Shown in pieces: positions 13,562-16,795 of a stretch of DNA of 16,795 nt (position 1 is the first letter of the stretch; every line of letters begins with the position of its first letter). Below the pieces are notes generated by a model that ran no database searches, was not told the DNA's origin, and was given only the letters and a program-made list of their open reading frames with translations. Origin of the DNA: Pedosphaera sp. (GTDB lineage Bacteria > Verrucomicrobiota > Verrucomicrobiia > Limisphaerales > SIBH01); the NCBI GenBank assembly GCA_031414955.1, contig JANOQV010000117.1:1-16795 (forward strand). The letters are read 5' to 3'. The position numbers and the translations under genes were made by a program.

Positions 13562-15028
13562 ATGAACTGCAACGACCATCAATTCCTCCGGCTCGGTGCG
13601 CAGCAGCGGCCCGGGCTGACGCGGCGAACTTTCCTGCAACGCACGGCCAGCGGCATCGGCCTGGCCGCGCTGGGCGGATTGTTGAACCCGCGCACGTTCG
13701 CCGCCGCGGGCGGTCAGACTGGCTTTCCGAACTTTGCCCCCAAGGCGAAACGCATCATTTACCTCTTCCAATCGGGCGCGCCGTCGCAGATGGACCTCTT
13801 CGATCCGAAGCCGGAGCTGGCCAGGAAGCGCGCGGAAGATTTGCCCGCCTCCATCCGGCAGGGGCAACGCCTCACCACGATGACCAGCGGGCAGAAGACT
13901 TTTCCGGTCGCGCCGAGCATTTTCAAATTCGCCCAGCACGGCCAAAGCGGCGCGTGGTTCAGCGAGTTGATGCCGCACATGAGCAAGCTCGCCGATGACT
14001 GGTGCATCATTCGCTCGATGCACACCGAGGCCATCAATCACGACCCGGCCATCACCTTCATGCAGACCGGTTCGCAGCTCGCGGGCCGTCCCAGCATCGG
14101 CGCGTGGGCTTCTTATGGTCTCGGCAGCGAGAACGCCGAGCTGCCCGCGTATGTCGTGCTCACGTCCTTCGGCAGCGGGCGCAAGGACGACCAGCCGCTT
14201 TATGATCGCCTGTGGAGCGCGGGCTTTCTTCCGTCCAAGCACCAGGGGGTAAAGTTTCGGAACTCGGGCGATCCGGTTCTGTATCTCTCCAATCCGCCCG
14301 GCATGAACCGCGAGATGCGCCGCGAGACGCTTGATGAAATATCGGTGTTGAACAAACGGCGCCTCGATGCCTTGGGTGATCCAGAAATCCAGACCCGCAT
14401 TGCCCAATACGAAATGGCCTTCCGCATGCAGGCCAGCGTGCCGGACCTGACCGACTTTTCGAAGGAGCCGGCCTCCGTGCTCGAAGCCTACGGTCCCGAC
14501 GTGAAGCGTCCCGGCAGCTACGCCGCAAATTGTCTGCTCGCCCGGCGGCTGGCCGAGCGCGACGTGCGCTTCGTGCAACTTTTTCACATGGGCTGGGATC
14601 ACCATTTTGGTTTGCCCGCCGCCCTGAAGGGCCAATGCAAGGACACCGATCAGCCGACCGCCGCGTTGATCAACGACCTCAAGCAACGCGGGCTGTTTGA
14701 TGACACGCTGATTGTTTGGGGCGGCGAGTTCGGCCGCACCATCTACTCACAAGGCGCGCTCACGGAGACGAACTACGGCCGCGATCATCATCCGCGCTGC
14801 TTCAGTCTGCTCATGACGGGTGCGGGCGTGAAGAAGGGCATCACCTACGGGGCCACGGATGATTACTGCTACAACATCACCGAGAATCCGATCCATGTGC
14901 ATGACCTCAACGCCACCATCATGCACCTGATGGGCGTAAACCACGAGAAGCTGACCTACCGCTATCAAGGCCGCGATTTTCGCCTCACCGACATTCACGG
15001 AGAGTTGGTCAAGGGCGTGCTCGCGTAG
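13562..15028 (+). CDS. DUF1501 domain-containing protein with Tat signal; 488 aa (alternative start 13556)
   Basis: TRRTFLQ twin-arginine signal; PKAKRIIYLFQSGAPSQMDLFDPKP, NHDPA, GRPSIGAW, CLLARRLAERDVRFVQL, GWDHH, WGGEFGRT, GRDHHP, HVHDLNAT. Confidence 0.95.
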   Translation: MNCNDHQFLRLGAQQRPGLTRRTFLQRTASGIGLAALGGLLNPRTFAAAGGQTGFPNFAPKAKRIIYLFQSGAPSQMDLFDPKPELARKRAEDLPASIRQGQRLTTMTSGQKTFPVAPSIFKFAQHGQSGAWFSELMPHMSKLADDWCIIRSMHTEAINHDPAITFMQTGSQLAGRPSIGAWASYGLGSENAELPAYVVLTSFGSGRKDDQPLYDRLWSAGFLPSKHQGVKFRNSGDPVLYLSNPPGMNREMRRETLDEISVLNKRRLDALGDPEIQTRIAQYEMAFRMQASVPDLTDFSKEPASVLEAYGPDVKRPGSYAANCLLARRLAERDVRFVQLFHMGWDHHFGLPAALKGQCKDTDQPTAALINDLKQRGLFDDTLIVWGGEFGRTIYSQGALTETNYGRDHHPRCFSLLMTGAGVKKGITYGATDDYCYNITENPIHVHDLNATIMHLMGVNHEKLTYRYQGRDFRLTDIHGELVKGVLA

Positions 15029-15051
15029 CGCGACGCCCACTGCGGACGTGT

Positions 15052-15196
15052 CTTGGAAGTGCCGCCAACACGAGACTGGAAAGTCTCTCAACCTGCCGGC
15101 TGGAAAGCCGGCGTTACGGCGTAGCGCCGACATTCGTGTCGGCAGGTGGCGAGACTTTCCAGTCTCGCAGTTCACCAGCCTGGCGGCACTTCCAAG
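15052..15196. repeat. Nested composite REP-like palindrome between the two DUF1501 genes
   Basis: Outer perfect 16-bp IR (15052-15067 / 15181-15196), inner perfect 17-bp IR (15071-15087 / 15151-15167), acctgccg/cggcaggt, and ...GTTAC ggc GTAG... at the centre. Sub-hairpins carry TGGAAA/TTTCCA loops. Confidence 0.9.
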
Positions 15197-15224
15197 CTGC
15201 GCCCGCCCCATGCCACGCGCGGCG

Positions 15225-15261
15225 AAGTTCCTGTTGGCAGGCGTGGGTGATTGGCTAGATT
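15225..15261 (+). promoter_or_regulatory. 19-bp motif copy 2 overlapping a putative leaderless sigma70-type promoter (TTGGCA-N16-TAGATT)
   Basis: AAGTTCCTGTTGGCAGGCG at 15225-15243; TTGGCA 15234-15239; TAGATT 15256-15261 ends 6 nt before ATG 15268; no Shine-Dalgarno sequence. Confidence 0.5.
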
Positions 15262-15267
15262 GCCGCC

Positions 15268-16728
15268 ATGTTCCTCGGCGGCAGCCACTGCTCGCGGCGT
15301 GATTTCCTGGCGCGAACCAGCGCGGGATTTGGCGCTCTCGCTTTTGGAGCGTTGTCTGCGCTCAACGCGCGCGGCGAGGGTACGAAGCTCCGCAAGATTG
15401 ATCCGCTGAATCCCTTCACTCCGCGCCAGCCCGATTTCAAGCCCACGGCCAAGTCAGTCATCTTCCTCTTCATGGTCGGCGGGCCGTCGCACGTCGATAC
15501 GTTCGACTACAAGCCGGAGTTGCAGAAGCTCAATGGCAAACCGGTGCCGGACTCGATCAAGAAGGCCGTGCTGTCGACGCGGCACGCCAATGTCTTCCAC
15601 GGCTGCAAGGAGGAACTGCTCGCAAGTCCCTACAAGTTCAAGCAACACGGCCAGACGGGACTGTGGGTCAGCGAACTGTATCCCAAGGTCGCCGGGCATG
15701 TGGATGAACTGTGCTTCATCCATTCGCTTCAGGCCGAGTCGAACAATCACGCACCGGCCAGTTATCAGCTTCACACCGGAGACATTCGTCCGGGCAAGGC
15801 CAGCCTTGGCTCGTGGGTCACGTACGGGCTGGGCACGGAGAACCAGGACTTGCCCGGCTATGTGATGTTGTTCGATGCCGGCCCGCTTGGAGGCGCTGCG
15901 AATTACTCAAACGGGTTTTTGCCCGCCGCCTTTCAGCCCACGCGCCTGCGCGACAAGGGGACGCCTGTGCTCGACCTCTTGCCGCCGGATGAATTCGCTC
16001 CCGGCCAGCGGGCCTCGCTCGATTTGATCAAGACGCTGAATCTCAAGCATCGCGAGTCGCGGGCCGGAGTGACTGAACTTGACGCGCGCATCGCCAGCTA
16101 CGAACTCGCCTATCGAATGCAAACCGCCGCGCTCGATGTGGGCAACATGGAAGGCGAGTCGCAGCCGCTGCGCGCCAGTTACGGTTTCGAGCACAAGGAC
16201 AAGCGCACGCAGAGCTTCGGGCGCAAATGTTTGCTCGCCCGCCGCCTCGTTGAACGCGGCGTGCGTTTCGTGCAGGTCTATGACATGCCGGACAAGGACG
16301 GCTGGGACGCGCACGGCAACCTCACGGGGAACCACACGCCGCGCGCGCGTTGGACGGACGAGCCGATTGCCGCACTGCTCACGGATTTGAAACAGCGCGG
16401 TCTGCTCGACACCACGCTGGTGATCTGGGCGAGCGAGTTCGGCCGCACGCCGATGATGCAGGGCGACAATGGCCGTCAGCACAACGCCGCCGGCTTCACT
16501 GTCTGGATGGCGGGCGGCGGCGTGAAGCCAGGCGTGCGCATCGGCGCGACCGACGACATCGGACTGATGGCCGTGAAGGACGCGCACCCGTTCAAGGATC
16601 TGCACGCGACCATTCTGCGCGCCATGGGCCTCGACAACGAAGAGTTGGGCTTCGAAGTCAGCGGTCGCACCGAGCGGCTCACCGGCGTGGCGGGCACCTC
16701 AAAGATTATTCCAGGCGTCTTGGCGTGA
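15268..16728 (+). CDS. DUF1501 domain-containing protein (second paralog) with Tat signal; 486 aa
   Basis: SRRDFL twin-arginine signal; AKSVIFLFMVGGPSHVDTFDYKP, NNHAPA, SLGSWVTYGLG, CLLARRLVERGVRFVQV, GWDAH, WASEFGRTP, GRQHN. Confidence 0.95.
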   Translation: MFLGGSHCSRRDFLARTSAGFGALAFGALSALNARGEGTKLRKIDPLNPFTPRQPDFKPTAKSVIFLFMVGGPSHVDTFDYKPELQKLNGKPVPDSIKKAVLSTRHANVFHGCKEELLASPYKFKQHGQTGLWVSELYPKVAGHVDELCFIHSLQAESNNHAPASYQLHTGDIRPGKASLGSWVTYGLGTENQDLPGYVMLFDAGPLGGAANYSNGFLPAAFQPTRLRDKGTPVLDLLPPDEFAPGQRASLDLIKTLNLKHRESRAGVTELDARIASYELAYRMQTAALDVGNMEGESQPLRASYGFEHKDKRTQSFGRKCLLARRLVERGVRFVQVYDMPDKDGWDAHGNLTGNHTPRARWTDEPIAALLTDLKQRGLLDTTLVIWASEFGRTPMMQGDNGRQHNAAGFTVWMAGGGVKPGVRIGATDDIGLMAVKDAHPFKDLHATILRAMGLDNEELGFEVSGRTERLTGVAGTSKIIPGVLA

Positions 16729-16734
16729 GCGGGC

Positions 16735-16764
16735 AAAGCGGCGCTAAAGCGACCGCACTCCAAA
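16735..16764. repeat. Single arm of a probable GGAG-type REP-like element (partner may lie beyond the window)
   Basis: Reverse complement tttGGAGtgcggtcgctttagcgccgcttt has a GGAG head and an imperfect internal palindrome (gcgg-t-cgct-tt-agcg-ccgc). It lies just after the stop codon, like other REP-like elements here. Confidence 0.5.
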
Positions 16765-16795
16765 CGCTGTCGCGCATCACACGTCGCCTCGAATT

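Overview
GC-rich bacterial window, most likely PVC superphylum (Verrucomicrobia-like; inferred from gene content and repeat style). It holds eight complete genes, all on the + strand, plus a possible partial divergent gene at the left edge. Left block: a secreted formylglycine-type sulfatase, a secreted YHYH-domain protein and a single-chain fusion of an MbnP-like (WxW) domain with a MauG/MbnH-like di-heme peroxidase. The first two genes share an ~83-bp upstream region containing a phased TTWAC direct-repeat box. Right block: a PVC-type heme-binding CxxCH protein, a planctomycete cytochrome c/DUF1549/DUF1553 protein and two Tat-exported DUF1501 proteins. A tandem-domain GxxExxY (PD-(D/E)XK-fold) gene sits between the DUF1553 and first DUF1501 genes. 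It is bracketed by perfect 29-bp inverted repeats with a third internal copy, suggesting a transposase-less insertion element. Most long intergenic gaps hold a different palindromic (REP-like or heptamer-periodic) element, and two such elements lie in-frame inside coding regions. All family calls come from motif recognition by eye; no database search was run.
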